From NCBI GenBank assembly GCA_964016885.1, contig OZ024744.1, positions 74,710,001-74,774,000 of the forward strand: a stretch of 64,000 bases of DNA. Direction: 5' to 3'. Shown piece after piece: positions 40,919-57,440 of the stretch. The notes beneath the pieces are model-generated. The model ran no database searches and was not told where the DNA came from. It was given only the letters and a program-made list of their open reading frames with translations. Position numbers and translations under genes: made by a program. Positions within the stretch are counted from its first letter, which is position 1; every line of letters begins with the position of its first letter. This DNA comes from Eledone cirrhosa (lineage: Eukaryota).

Positions 40919-41073
40919 AGTATATATATGTATATATATATATTAGTATATATATATATATATGTATATATATATGTATGTATATATATATGTATATATA
41001 TATATATGTATATATATGTATATATATATATATACATACATATATATATATATGTATATAGATATAGATATAG

Positions 41074-41117
<44 letters not shown>

Positions 41118-41122
41118 GCATA

Positions 41123-41154
<32 letters not shown>

Positions 41155-41168
41155 CATATATATATACT

Positions 41169-41216
<48 letters not shown>

Positions 41217-41265
41217 CATATATACATATATATATATATATACATATATACAGATATATATATAC

Positions 41266-41392
<127 letters not shown>

Positions 41393-41634
41393 TATTTATA
41401 TACATATATATATATATATGTATATATATATATGTAGATAAATCTACCAAAAGTTTACGGTAGTGTCCAATCCGTATGAAGAACTCAATGTAATCCGGAT
41501 ATCATGGAAAGAAGAGATGCATTCAAAAATCACTTTCGGTGAAAGATAAACGGAATACAGAGTCAAGATAAAATATTAAAAAAATAATGAGTAAAACAAA
41601 GAAACAGTTCCTTATATTAAACAAAAAAAGTTCT

Positions 41635-41769
41635 TTATTTTACGATCGTTTCTAGGACATTTATGTGTTAGAATTGGAATGCATATTCAAAAGATCTATG
41701 TACAAAATTATACAAACTATCAAGGAGAATATACATACCATCACATATATATGCTGTCTTCAGAAATAA
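41635..41769 (-). ncRNA. Type I hammerhead with 104-nt domain II
   Basis: TTATTT-CTGAAGA-[104 nt]-GAAA-CGATCG-TA-AAATAA; mirror copy at 54116-54250. Confidence 0.75.
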
Positions 41770-42122
41770 TGAAGTATATTTATTGGTAATAACAACAATT
41801 CAAAATTACAGGTCTGTTTGGGAACAGATTTTAAATGGACCAATGAAATACATAAAAATTCATCAAGAAAATACAGTTAGGTGTGTGTATATATGTAAGT
41901 AAATTCGTTCACAGATATGCATAAAAATGTATGTTCATATGCATACGCATGTCGAAAAAGTGTATGTAAATATAAAAATTTAGGGCCAATGTATCTGTAT
42001 GTTTATAATCTACAGACAAAATATACATACATATACATATATATATACATACATATATATACACATATACATACTTGCATACACACACACGCATATATAC
42101 ATAAACACACACATACCCACGA

Positions 42123-42153
<31 letters not shown>

Positions 42154-42630
42154 TACGTATATATTATTATTATAACTATATGGATATTGAGGCGCACACA
42201 TAAACACGCCCACACACACTTACATTTAGATGCAGAATTAAAAGGAGGTAAGGGAGTAAGTAATTAAAGGAGAGTGTCAAACTCAGCATATTTATAAAGA
42301 TGTATCTATAAAGTTAGAAATAACAAAAATTTTTTTATAGAACGAAAAAACTTAAAAACGGGGGAACAAAAAATAAGGGGGGGGGGTTACGTACATACAC
42401 AGACGCGAATGTCTCACAAAAGAAATATAAAGAAACATAAAAAAACATAAAAGAGAGACATAAAATATACATGCTTATATACATACGCATATTTACACAT
42501 CCATACGTTCGATACATACATACGTACACACACACACATACACATACTTAACCTCACGCATATTAACCTGTTTGTATGCATTTACATAAAAACAAGTAAA
42601 ACATATACTCATACATATAAATACACACCG

Positions 42631-42671
<41 letters not shown>

Positions 42672-42715
42672 ACACACATATATACATATATACACACACA
42701 CACACACACATACAT

Positions 42716-42782
<67 letters not shown>

Positions 42783-42909
42783 TATACACACATATATATA
42801 TATATATATACACATACATATATATACACATACACACACACATACCCATGTATATATACACAACCACACACACACACACTCAGACATACATATATATAGA
42901 GACATACAT

Positions 42910-43055
<146 letters not shown>

Positions 43056-43091
43056 ATTATTATTATCTAATAAACAACATAAGGCAATTAT

Positions 43092-43149
43092 TCCATTTAC
43101 AAGTGGTTTCTTAAAAGCAAAAGGTTTTGCTTTCAATCCTCAGAATGAA
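43092..43149 (-). ncRNA. Type I hammerhead (distal, left arm)
   Basis: TTCATT-CTGAGGA-TTGAAAGCAAAA/TTTTGCTTTTAA-GAAA-CcacttG-TA-AATGGA. Confidence 0.8.
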
Positions 43150-43420
43150 AAATCCTAGTTTGTTTATTGAATTTGGATTCTAAAAACAAAAATGCAATCT
43201 ATATGAAAGTGAGGCTGGAAAAGGGAGAAGGAAAGGAAAAATAAAATAAAACTACACATGCAAACACACACAAAAAAACACAAAAGCATACTTACACACA
43301 CATACATATATACATATATATAAATGTACGCATACATATATACATATACATATAAAAAACATACACCTACACACACATACACATATATACACACATATAC
43401 ACATACATACATTCATACAT

Positions 43421-43467
<47 letters not shown>

Positions 43468-43499
43468 TACACACACACACACACATATATATATGTACA

Positions 43500-43551
<52 letters not shown>

Positions 43552-43977
43552 CACACATACACAGATACACACACACACACATGTGTGTGTACAAGCATAC
43601 ACATACACAAACATAGCCATACACACACACATATATATACACATACATACATTCACACAAACATACAACGTACATACATACACATACATGAATGCACTCC
43701 TCTACATATTCACACACGCAAATAAATATAAGAAAAAAATATATAAATAAATATTAAAAAATGTTTGACACCGATACATGCCCCAGCTAACAGGACAGAC
43801 ACGCGTGGTAAGTAATACACACAAAAGCACATATACATACGTACGAAATAGTAAACACATACACACACTCTCACACATAAATATACATATACAAATACAT
43901 AAACACGTACATACACATACATACACAAACACGCACACGTATACAATATAAACACACACATGTATATGTAATTATAT

Positions 43978-44040
<63 letters not shown>

Positions 44041-44237
44041 CAAAATATAAAAATATAAACGCACACACACACACGCACATATATATACGTAAACACACAT
44101 ATACATAGCTAAACAATTATACACATGCAAATACGTATATATCAAAAGCACGCACAACCAAATACAAACACACACACACACACACATACATAAAAATAAA
44201 TAAATACACACGCACACATATACATACATATATATAT

Positions 44238-44315
<78 letters not shown>

Positions 44316-44459
44316 ACGTACACATACACACATGCATACACATACACACACACACATATACATGTGTGTATGTGTAATGCTCAGTATTAGATAAGACAAA
44401 TGAACCTTACATAAACGTATATATAGTAGTAAAGTAATAAAGCAACACAAGGCAATTAA

Positions 44460-44517
44460 TCCATTCACCAGAGGTTTCTTAAAAGCAAAAAAAGTTTCCT
44501 TCAATCTTCAGAATGAA
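44460..44517 (-). ncRNA. Hammerhead paralog (proximal, left arm) with UG at the cleavage site
   Basis: TTCATT-CTGAAGA-..-GAAA-CCtctGG-TG-AATGGA. Confidence 0.7.
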
Positions 44518-44592
44518 AAAAAGCCTGGTTTATCCACATATACATACATATACACACACAAATATACAATTATATACACACATACACACACG

Positions 44593-44674
<82 letters not shown>

Positions 44675-44893
44675 CATATATATATATACATATATATATA
44701 CACACAAAAATACATACACATACACATAGATATGTGAAGGGCAAAATAAAAAGAATATATGGGGGGGGGGGCATAAGAGAAGGTAAAGTATAAGGGGAGG
44801 TAAGGGAGAAAAAATTTTGTAAATATACAAGAGTACAGAAGGTAGAGTCAGCAAAATAAAAACCGTAGCAAAAGTAAAGAGCAGAGAAGGAGT

Positions 44894-46279
44894 TCAAGGC
44901 GGTTGATTTCTCATAGGAGTGTCAATCCAGTTACAGATCAGATGCGATTTCAGATGAGGACAGCATCTGAAGATCTCAGTCTTTGAGTTAAGGCAAGCGG
45001 AAGTGGCTCTCAAGTTTAGCAAAATCCTATACTTTTCTGTGGTGCACAAAGAACAATTCTTTGTGCCCCTTTGGTACTCCCTCGAATGGTCTAATATAGA
45101 CCAATCAATAGAGTACGGGATATTACTATCGTTGAGATCCCATACCTTACTTGCAAGGGCCGTTGATGTTCGTTTATCAGAGTGCTTAAAAGAAGCGACA
45201 TGTGAGTAAAATCTGGTTTTAAACCTGTCCTGGGTCATACCGACATATCGCTCACTCCTGGCTGGCTGGTTGTTGATAACTGGCGTTATCTTAGCCTCAT
45301 AAACGACAGATTTTGTGTTACATTTACCCTGCAATGGGCATTCATCCGGCTTCCTGCAACTGCATCCTGGATTTATCCTCGTGCGGTTTGAACTGGTGAT
45401 TTTGGACTTCATGGATGGGCAACAAGAGTAGCTGATCTTAACTATATTCCTATTAAAAATCTTATAATATCTATGAATAGGAGGAAAATGTTTGTCTAAT
45501 AGTTCAAGGAATTTCCTTCCTACATTAGTTTTGACAGTTAGAGAGAAGGGGTGTGTGAACCAAATAATCTTCCTTTTCCTGTTATTATGGTTAGTTTTAG
45601 GGGGAGGGGAGTAGGTAAATAAGACATTTTTTCCGTAAAACCGCTGTTCTTAAGGGCTTTATTATAATAAGGGGCAGCTTTATTAAAAATGTCTATAGAC
45701 GAAGATAAGGTAGAAATCCTACGGCTAACGTTAGGAATAAGATTATTAAAAACTATAGGGGGATGGCAAGACTCTTTGTGTATATACCTCAGATTTTCAT
45801 TAGGTTTATGATAGGGTTTAAAAGAGGCAGTAAGTAGATCAAGATTAATATCAAGAAAGTTAGCATTAGTAAGATTCGTATCTATAGTAATTTTAAGGTT
45901 AAGATTAGCAAAAAGTATTAATTAAATCTTTACGGAATTTATCAAGATTATGGCCGTTGGTGGTATGAGAAACTGCTAATCCGTCATCATGGTATAAACC
46001 GATATTATGGGACGGAAATTTCTCTTTGAGTGTGTGGAGAAGGAATAATCCTACTAAGTCACACACATCCGCACTGTCATATGAACCCATTGCAACATCA
46101 AAAGAGCTTTCAGGGTTTGACTTTTTAACCCAAATATTATCATTAGTAAAAAGTAAAGTTTTTCTAGCATGAAAGATAATGTCCTCTTCTAATTTAGAGA
46201 TATTAATGAAGGGTCTTACAAAATCTAAGGCATTGGTTAATAAGGAAACAGTAATAGAACGGTAAAAATAATTCTCCAA
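44894..46279 (-). pseudogene. PLE RT (YHDD) and GIY-YIG endonuclease, frameshifted
   Basis: MGSYDSADVCDLVG, LYHDDGL, CSCRKPDECPLQGKC, YVGMTQDRFKTRFYSH, CSLC. Confidence 0.93.
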
Positions 46280-46299
46280 ATTAGAACTAACACTAACCT

Positions 46300-47668
46300 T
46301 TCACAGTGGCTAAATACTTCCTCTGTTATTTCTTGGTTCAATAATATACAAGGTAAAAATAAGTGTAGATTTACCCAAATTGATATCGTCGATTTTTACC
46401 CTTCTATTACTGCTTCCTTATTAACCAATGCCTTAGATTTTGCAAGACCCTTCATTAATATCTGTAAATTAGAAGAGGACATTATCTTTCATTCTAGAAA
46501 AACTTTACTTTTTACTAATGATAATATTTGGGTTAAAAAGTCAAACCCTGAAAGCTCTTTTGATGTTGCAATGGGTTCATATGACAGTGCGGATGTGTGT
46601 GACTTAGTAGGATTATTCCTTCTCCACACACTCAAAGAGAAATTTACTTTTGCTAATCTTAACCTTAAAATTACTATAGATACGAATCTTACTAATGCTA
46701 ACTTTCTTGATATTAATCTTTATCTACTTACTGCCTCTTTTAAACCCTATCATAAACCTAATGAAAATCTTAGGTATATACACAAAGAGTCTTGCCATCC
46801 CCCTATAGTTTTTAATAATCTTATTCCTAACATTAGCCGTAGGATTTCTACCTTATCTTCGTCTATAGACATTTTTAATAAAGCCGCCCCTTATTATAAT
46901 AAAGCCCTTAAGAACAGCGGTTTTACGGAAAAAATTTCTTATTTACCTAAACCCCCCCCCCCTAAAACTAACCATAATAACAGGAAAAGGAAGATTATTT
47001 GGTTCACACCCCCCTTCTCTCTAACTGTCAAAACTAATGTAGGAAGGAAATTCCTTGAACTATTAGACAAACATTTTCCTCCTATTCATAGATATTATAA
47101 GATTTTTAATAGGAATGTAGTTAAGATCAGCTACTCTTGTTGCCCATCCATGAAGTCCAAAATCACCAGTTCAAACCGTACGAGGATAAATCCAGGATGC
47201 AGTTGCAGGAAGCCGGATGAATGCCCATTGCAGGGTAAATGTAACACAAAATCTGTCGTTTATGAGGCTAAGATAACGCCAGTTATCAACAACCAGCCAG
47301 CCAGGAGTGAGCGATATGTCGGTATGACCCAGGACAGGTTTAAAACCAGATTTTACTCACATGTCGCTTCTTTTAAGCACTCTGATAAACGAACATCAAC
47401 GGCCCTCGCAAGTAAGGTATGGGATCTCAAGGATAGTAATATCCCGTACTCTATTGATTGGTCTATATTAGACCATTCGATGGAGTACCAAAGGGGCACA
47501 AAGAATTGTTCTTCGTGCACCACCGAAAAGTATAGGATTCTGCTAAACTTGAGAGCCACTTCCGCTTGCCTTAACTCAAAGACTGAGATCTTCAGATGCT
47601 GTCCTCATCTGAAATCGCATCTGATCTGTAACTGGATTGACACTCCTATGAGAAATCAACCGCCTTGA
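46300..47668 (+). pseudogene. PLE RT and GIY-YIG; in-frame deletion removes the YxDD motif
   Basis: ORF 46571..47668 runs LKEKF/TFANL and lacks the LYHDDGL segment present in the mirror copy. Confidence 0.92.
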
Positions 47669-47917
47669 ACTCCTTCTCTGCTCTTTACTTTTGCTACGGT
47701 TTTTATTTTGCTGACTCTACCTTCTGTACTCTTGTATATTTACAAAATTTTTTTCTCCCTTACCTCCCCTTATATTTTACCTTCTCTTATGCCCCCCCCC
47801 CATATATTCTTTTTGTTTTGCCCTTCACATACCTATGTGTATGTGTATGTATTTTTGTGTGTATATATATATGTATATATATATATGTATGTATATGTGT
47901 ATGTATATATTTGTGTG

Positions 47918-47953
<36 letters not shown>

Positions 47954-48028
47954 CGTGTGTGTATGTGTGTATATAATTGTATATTTGTGTGTGTATATGT
48001 ATGTATATGTGGATAAACCAGGCTTTTT

Positions 48029-48086
48029 TTCATTCTGAAGATTGAAGGAAACTTTTTTTGCTTTTAAGAAACCTCTGGTGAATGGA
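48029..48086 (+). ncRNA. Hammerhead paralog (proximal, right arm) with UG at the cleavage site
   Basis: Mirror of 44460-44517. Confidence 0.7.
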
Positions 48087-48222
48087 TTAATTGCCTTGTG
48101 TTGCTTTATTACTTTACTACTATATATACGTTTATGTAAGGTTCATTTGTCTTATCTAATACTGAGCTTTACACATACACACATGTATATGTGTGTGTGT
48201 ATGTGTATGCATGTGTGTACGT

Positions 48223-48344
<122 letters not shown>

Positions 48345-48576
48345 ATATATATATGTATGTATGTATATGTGTGCGTGTGTATTTATTTATTTTTATGTGT
48401 GTGTGTGTGTGTGTGTATGTATGTGTGTGTGTGTGTGTGTGTGTTTGTATTTGGTTGTGCGTGCTTTTGATATATACGTATTTGCATGTGTATAATTGTT
48501 TAGCTATGTATGTATATGTGTGTTTACGTATATATATGTGTGTGTGTGTGTGTGCGTTTATATTTTTATATGTTTG

Positions 48577-48635
<59 letters not shown>

Positions 48636-49061
48636 ATATAATTACATATACATGTGTGTGTTTATAACGTATACGTGTGCGTGTTTGTGTATGTATGTGT
48701 ATGTACGTGTTTATGTATTTGTATATGTATATTTATGTGTGAGAGTGTGTGTATGTGTTTACTATTTTGTACGTATGTATATGTGCTTTTGTGTGTATTA
48801 CTTACCACGCGTGTCTGTCCTGTTAGCTGGGGCATGTATCGGTGTCAAAAATTTTTTAATATATATTTATATATTTTTTTCTTATATTTATTTGCGTGTG
48901 TGAATATGTAGAGGAGTGCATTCATGTATGTGTATGTATGTACGTTGTATGTTTGTGTGAATGTATGTATGTGTATATATATGTGTGTGTGTATGGCTAT
49001 GTTTGTGTATGTGTATGCTTGTACACACACATGTGTGTGTGTGTGTATGTGTGTATGTGTG

Positions 49062-49114
<53 letters not shown>

Positions 49115-49157
49115 GATATTAAATAAATGGTAACTATAATTATAAAAACCATATTTA

Positions 49158-49219
49158 TTTCATTATATATATTTCAGGGATATCATATTAACAATATGTT
49201 ATGCCTTCTTCAGACAAAA
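49158..49219 (-). ncRNA. Type I hammerhead, left arm of foldback
   Basis: Mirror of 49379-49440. Confidence 0.75.
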
Positions 49220-49378
49220 TACAATATAGACAGTTTTATAAATAAATAGATTTGACATACCGTTCAACATCGACTTGTATTTGAAACGTTGATTTGGCAG
49301 TCAAATCAACGTTTCAAATACAAGTCGATGTTGAACGGTATGTCAAATCTATTTATTTATAAAACTGTCTATATTGTA

Positions 49379-49440
49379 TTTTGTCTGAAGAAGGGATAAC
49401 ATATTGTTAATATGATATCCCTGAAATATATATAATGAAA
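49379..49440 (+). ncRNA. Type I hammerhead, right arm of foldback
   Basis: TTTTGT-CTGAAGA-AGGGATA..TATCCCT-GAAA-TATATA-TA-ATGAAA. Confidence 0.8.
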
Positions 49441-49571
49441 TAAATATCGTTTTATAAATATAGTTTCCATTTATTTAATATCGTAAATATACTCCAAATA
49501 CTTGTTGAGTGCTTTTATATCAGTTATAAATATTTACTAGTTGTAACCCAACAATTTAAATATAACTTTCC

Positions 49572-49607
<36 letters not shown>

Positions 49608-49651
49608 GTACATATATATATATGTGTGTGTGTATGTGTGTGTGTGTGTGT

Positions 49652-49689
<38 letters not shown>

Positions 49690-49968
49690 ATGAATGTATG
49701 TATGTGTATATGTGTGTATATATGTGTATGTGTGTGTAGGTGTATGTTTTTTATATATATATATGTGTATATGTATATATGTATGCGTACATTTATATAT
49801 ATGTATATATGTATGTGTGTGTAAGTATGCTTTTGTGTTTTTTTGTGTGTGTGTTTGCATGTGTAGTTTTATTTTATTTTTCCTTTCCTTCTCCCTTTTC
49901 CAGCCTCACTTTCATATAGATTGCATTTTTGTTTTTAGAATCCAAATTCAATAAACAAACCAGGATTT

Positions 49969-50026
49969 TTCATTCTGAGGATTGAAAGCAAAACATTTTG
50001 CTTTTAAGAAACCACTTGTAAATGGA
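49969..50026 (+). ncRNA. Type I hammerhead (distal, right arm)
   Basis: Mirror of 43092-43149. Confidence 0.8.
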
Positions 50027-50135
50027 ATAATTGCCTTATGTTGTTTATTACATAATAATAATAATTAAGCTCTGTTGCCTACATAGAGCACTCTTTTTTC
50101 CTGGACTTTTCCGATGGAATTACTTCATTCATACA

Positions 50136-50225
<90 letters not shown>

Positions 50226-50306
50226 CACACAGTCAGACACTTATGCACATATATACACATACATACACACATCTCTACAAATACATATACATACACATAC
50301 ATACAC

Positions 50307-50401
<95 letters not shown>

Positions 50402-50649
50402 CACTCATACACACATATTTACATGCGCACATATGTATTTTTATACTCACATACAAACACACAAACATACATACACACTTACATACACATACATACATCC
50501 ACGCTTACAAATACGAATAATTATTGGGGGGGGGGATTAAAATTATTAGTGGGAAATAGTAAATATAGGTTTCAAGGAACATAGAATATTAATCTTCAGT
50601 TAAATCATAATATGTGTTTACATAGTTGCGTCAGTATTAGGAAATGGTA

Positions 50650-51590
50650 TCTGTAAGAAAGAAGGCTAAATTATGTATTTTAATATAAGTAGACTATTAA
50701 TTATAGGTTAATTAAAGTAAAAATAGTTAATATATTAATTTCTAAGGTGTATACTACTTAGGTTTATAATATTTAAAGCGGAATTTTGAAGTAAAACAGT
50801 AGTAGAGTATTAATTATAGCATAACTAAATTAAAAATATTAACATGATGGTATCAATTTTAGGAAATGAATTTTGTAATAGGGAAAGCCTAATTAAGTAT
50901 TTCATCGGTAGTAGAATATTAATTATAGGTTAACTAAATTAAAAATTATATATTAATTTCTATAATATATGTTAATTAGGTTTATAATAATTAAAGCAAA
51001 ATTTTGTATTTTATCTATAGTAGAATATAATTATAGGTTAACTAAATTAAAATTAATCTATATATTTATTTGTAAAGAGTATATTAATTAGGTATATATT
51101 TAAAAGTTTTTCTCAGTTTATGATTACACGATATTCTGCAATCCATCTGTATTAGAATTTTAATTATAAGCTAACTAAATTAAAATTATAGGTTAACTAA
51201 ATTAAAATTAATTTATGAATTAATTTCTAAATTGTATATTAATTAGGTTTATAATATTAAAAAGTATTTCTCTGTTATTAATTACACGATATTTTGTTAT
51301 ATTTCATCTGTAAAGGAATTTTAATAAAAGGTTAAATAAACTAAAATTAATCTATATATTATTTTCCAAAGTATATATTAATTATGTTAATAATATTTAA
51401 AAGTTTTTCACAGTTTATGATTATACGATATTTTTTAATTTCATCTGTAGTAGAATTTTAATTAAATTAAAATTATAGGTTAACTACATTTAAATTAATT
51501 TATATATTAATTTCTAAAATATATATTATTATTTAGGTTTATAATATTTAAATGTTTTTCTCAGTTTATGATTACACGATATAATTAATT
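50650..51590 (-). repeat. Degenerate tandem array (units of about 110-150 bp) derived from the PLE ORF 3' end
   Basis: TTTTCTCAGTTTATGATTACACGATA-like blocks at about 51555, 51405, 51265 and 51105, with AATTATAGGTTAACTAAATT repeats. Confidence 0.75.
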
Positions 51591-53935
51591 CCTGTCGCTT
51601 ATTTAATAGGATATCCTTAGATTTCATTATTTCAAATAGTTCTTGGGAACACAATCTACATTCATTTCTATTATTTTGATAAGGGGTGGCTCTTTTGAGC
51701 ACACTCCAGGTCATATCATATTCTATATTCTTATTTCTATAACTATTAATTTTTTCTGCTAGAGATGTTGTATTAGCCAGTGCGGCATTTTTAAAACTAT
51801 GTTTGTGGGTATTAAACATTACCTTAAAATTGTTAGAAGTAGCTCCTATATATGAGCAAATAGAATCTTTAGTTTTAACTTTACATTTATAAACTATGTT
51901 GTTAACAAGACAATTTCCTTTTAATGGGCAGTTTGCTTTGTTTCTACAGTTACAACCTTTCGTTAATTTTGTATTTGAGGAGATATTATGGTTAGTTTGA
52001 TGTATTGGTGGTATACTTATGGTATTTTTACATTTATATGCATTATAGGCACTTATATTTTGTTTTATGTTTTTGGTTGTTGAGTATGAGAATTTAACTG
52101 TTGATCTATTTAAGATTTGATGGTATTTGTGGTTTGGCGGGAAGTTTTTCTCTAGGATATTAACATTTTTTTAGGTATATTATCCTTAATTTGTAAATTA
52201 AATGGAGCATTATACCAAGTAACTCGTCTATTACGGTTTCTATGTTGTTTATTGTTTTTATAGGATGCATCGTGATGTTTACTAGGAGGATTAATGTTAA
52301 TGACCTCACCACGCACATTTTTAGTTAGATTTATTGATTTAGGTCTTTTAGCTTGTTTATTAGGAGTTTTATTAACATTTATTAGAGTTGTATGATGAGT
52401 AGATTTTTGATAGTTACTATACTTTATATTAGAGGAGTTAGAGAAATTTGGTTTTATGTTGGTATTTTGGGGTATAGTGTGAGTGGCATTTAGGTGTGTA
52501 CTTTTCATTTGGTGTTTGTTGGTAATATTAGGTTGTATGTTTATAGTGTTATTAGTAGAAGGTATATATTCCAATCTATTTTTGTGGCCACTTCTATCTA
52601 GAGCTTCGTTATAGAAGGTCGCATTTTTATCAAATACATCTTGGTTAGACGAAAGGTTAGAAATTCTAAGTGATATATTATATGCAAGGTTTTTAAGGAT
52701 AGATTTAGGGTGATTAGATTGTGAGTGTATGTAGTGTAAGTTTTGGTTGGGTTTATGGTAAGGTTGGTAGATACCCGTAGCTAAGTCTAAAGTTATATCT
52801 AGGAAATTAACTACTTTACTTGTGTTTTCAAAAGTAATATGAAGACTATAATAGTCTTTAAGGAAAGTTCTAATAAGCTTTTTGTTTTTTTCTACTTCTG
52901 AGAGGCTAAGGTTGTTGGAGAGAAGAAGACAGTCATCACGATATAAACCACCTTTAAGGTGGGGAAAGGAAGCATTTATGTTAAAAAGAAGAAAGAGGCC
53001 CACAAGATCAGTAATTTGGGCAGAATCGATTGAACCCATAGTAATATCAAATAGATTATTATATGTGTTTCTGGTCCAGTATTCATTCCGAAATTCAATA
53101 AGTGTTAGTCTAGCATGTGTAATAATATTAATGTCATCCAAAGTTAAGTTAGATCTATTTTTAGCAAATATCAAAGCTTTGTTCAGGAGTATAGGTGATA
53201 TAGAAGAATAGTAATTATCTATATCAAATTGTAGAAATGAAGCAGAAGATTTACATCTAATATTATTAAACCAGTTAATTACCTGGGAAGTGTTTTCCCA
53301 GAGTGGTAAATTAACATGTTTTCTTATTTGTGGGATGACTCTATCCAAAATTTTTTTGCTAATTATTCCAATATCCGATTTGGAGGGACATATAAGTCTT
53401 ATAGAAGGATTTGAGTTAAAGTTTGTTTTATGATCTTTCAGGTTGAAGTGTGGTCTTTTCAATGCCAAAGGTTCAGTTCTATCTTCAATATTTAGTTTAT
53501 TCACTATGTTGTGTGTTTTGTTGTTGATGTTGGTGAGTGACGCATTATTAGTTTTTCTATGATTTTTCCTGAGTTCTTTATATATGAACTCATTGTAATT
53601 TTCAATATCCATGTGATATAAGTTTCCAGTTTTGTCCGAGTGGACATGGATTTTTTTAGACTTTTTTAGGTCCAATAGGGTAGAATCAAGGTCCTTTTGA
53701 AAGATAGATTTATACTTCTTAAATTTGAGGTGTTTAATTAAATTAAAAAGGTCTTTCTCAAAGTCTTCAAGTAGAGAGTTGTGTGGTGGATTCTTGTAAG
53801 TAGTGAAATCATACATATATTTCCTATCTGTATATTTAGATTTTTTATCGAAGTGGTAGGCCCTCCATCTGTCTCTTCTGATAAATTGGTTAGTTTTCTG
53901 TATCATAAGGAGTAAGAAGTCATCCTTTTTCGACA
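51529..53935 (-). pseudogene. PLE RT and GIY-YIG ORF, near full length, frameshifted
   Basis: RWRAYHF, SDKTGN, LKDHK, FDIDNYY, MGSIDSAQ, LYRDDCL, NFLDITLDL, SNHP, WYNAP, CNCRNKANCPLKGNC, YIG, CRLC. Confidence 0.95.
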
Positions 53936-54305
53936 TGCGTATGCATATGAACATACATTTTTATGCATATCTGTGAACGAATTTACTTACATATATACAC
54001 ACACCTAACTGTATTTTCTTGATGAATTTTTATGTATTTCATTGGTCTATTTAAAATCTGTTCCCAAACAGACCTGTAATTTTGAATTGTTGTTATTATC
54101 AATAAATATACTTCATTATTTCTGAAGACAGCATATATAAGTGATGGTATGTACATTCTCCTTGATAGTTTGTATAATTTTGTACATAGATCTCTTGAAT
54201 ATGCATGCCAATTCTAACACATATATGTCCTAGAAACGATCGTAAAATAATGAACTTTTTTGTTTAATATAAGGAACTGTTTCTTTGTTTTATTCATTAT
54301 TTTTG
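53935..54305 (+). mobile_element. Inverted 3'-terminal copy at the 5' end of the 51529-53935 PLE (mirror of 41575-41952)
   Basis: Reverse-complement match of about 370 bp. Confidence 0.9.
54116..54250 (+). ncRNA. Type I hammerhead with 104-nt domain II
   Basis: TTATTT-CTGAAGA-cagCATATAT...ATATATGtccta-GAAA-CGATCG-TA-AAATAA. Confidence 0.75.
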
Positions 54306-54429
54306 TATATATATATATAAGTATATATATGTATTTCGTTTGTGAATTTGTTTAGCAAGACTCTTTATCTAAAATCGTGTGTTGAAACCGATATTGTTAT
54401 ACTTTGTATAACAATACCAAAGTATAACA

Positions 54430-56513
<2,084 letters not shown>

Positions 56514-56789
56514 ATGGAATAGAATGAAACGAAATTTCATTTCTCACTCTTAGTACGGCACTTACTTAAATGTAAGTATGTATGTATACGTACATACATA
56601 TATGTATACAGACGTACAGTAGCATGTATATATATACATACAGGCACACATATATATATGCACGTATTAGTTTACCGAACATTTATTATAATGTTCGGTT
56701 TGTTTGTTTGTAAACAAACAAACAGCCTGAATTACGCCATACAGTGTTTAGGCAACCACGTCACCTTTTTGTTCAACACTGACACAGGA

Positions 56790-56832
56790 ACGATGTACTA
56801 GTTTCAAGCTTATTAGCTATCGTCAGCACCGT
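56790..56832 (-). ncRNA. Minimal hammerhead (family of 2176)
   Basis: ACGGTG-CTGACGA-tAGCTaataAGCTt-GAAA-CTAG-TA-CATCGT. Confidence 0.88.
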
Positions 56833-56924
56833 ATACCTTTCTGCCAGATGGTTGTATATATATATACATGCTACTTTACGTCTGTATACATATATGTATG
56901 TACTTATACATAGATACTAACATT

Positions 56925-56960
<36 letters not shown>

Positions 56961-57057
56961 CCCGGCCGATTAACCCACTCGATATGCAAATTGGGCTAAT
57001 CAGCCGTTAATATGCATAAGGTAAGTATATACGTTTAACAATCTGGCAGGAAGGTAT

Positions 57058-57100
57058 ACGTTGCTGACGAGAGCTGAAAAGCTTGAAACTAGTACAGCGT
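57058..57100 (+). ncRNA. Minimal hammerhead (family of 2176), inverted copy
   Basis: ACGTTG-CTGACGA-GAGCTgaaaAGCTT-GAAA-CTAG-TA-CAGCGT; stem I changes preserve pairing. Confidence 0.9.
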
Positions 57101-57368
57101 TCCTTTGTCAGTGTAGAACAAACGAGTAACGACGGTTGCTGGACACTACGGCTTAATACGGGATGTTTGTTTACAAAGACACAGAGCATTATAATAAATG
57201 TTCGGTGAATCCATACGTACATATATATATGTGTGCATGTATGTATATATACATACTACTGTACGTCTGTATACATATATGTATGTACGTGTACATACTT
57301 ATATTTAAGTAACAGCCGTACTAAGAGTGGGAATTGAAATTTCGTTTCAATTTTTCCGTTTATATATA

Positions 57369-57440
<72 letters not shown>

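Larger units (their letters stand above)
49111..49572. mobile_element. Foldback of a PLE-type terminus (arms of about 185 bp, centre near 49298) inserted in the right arm
   Basis: Near-perfect palindrome 49111-49485, absent from the left arm. Homologous to 26045-26195 and 26950-27035. Confidence 0.88.
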
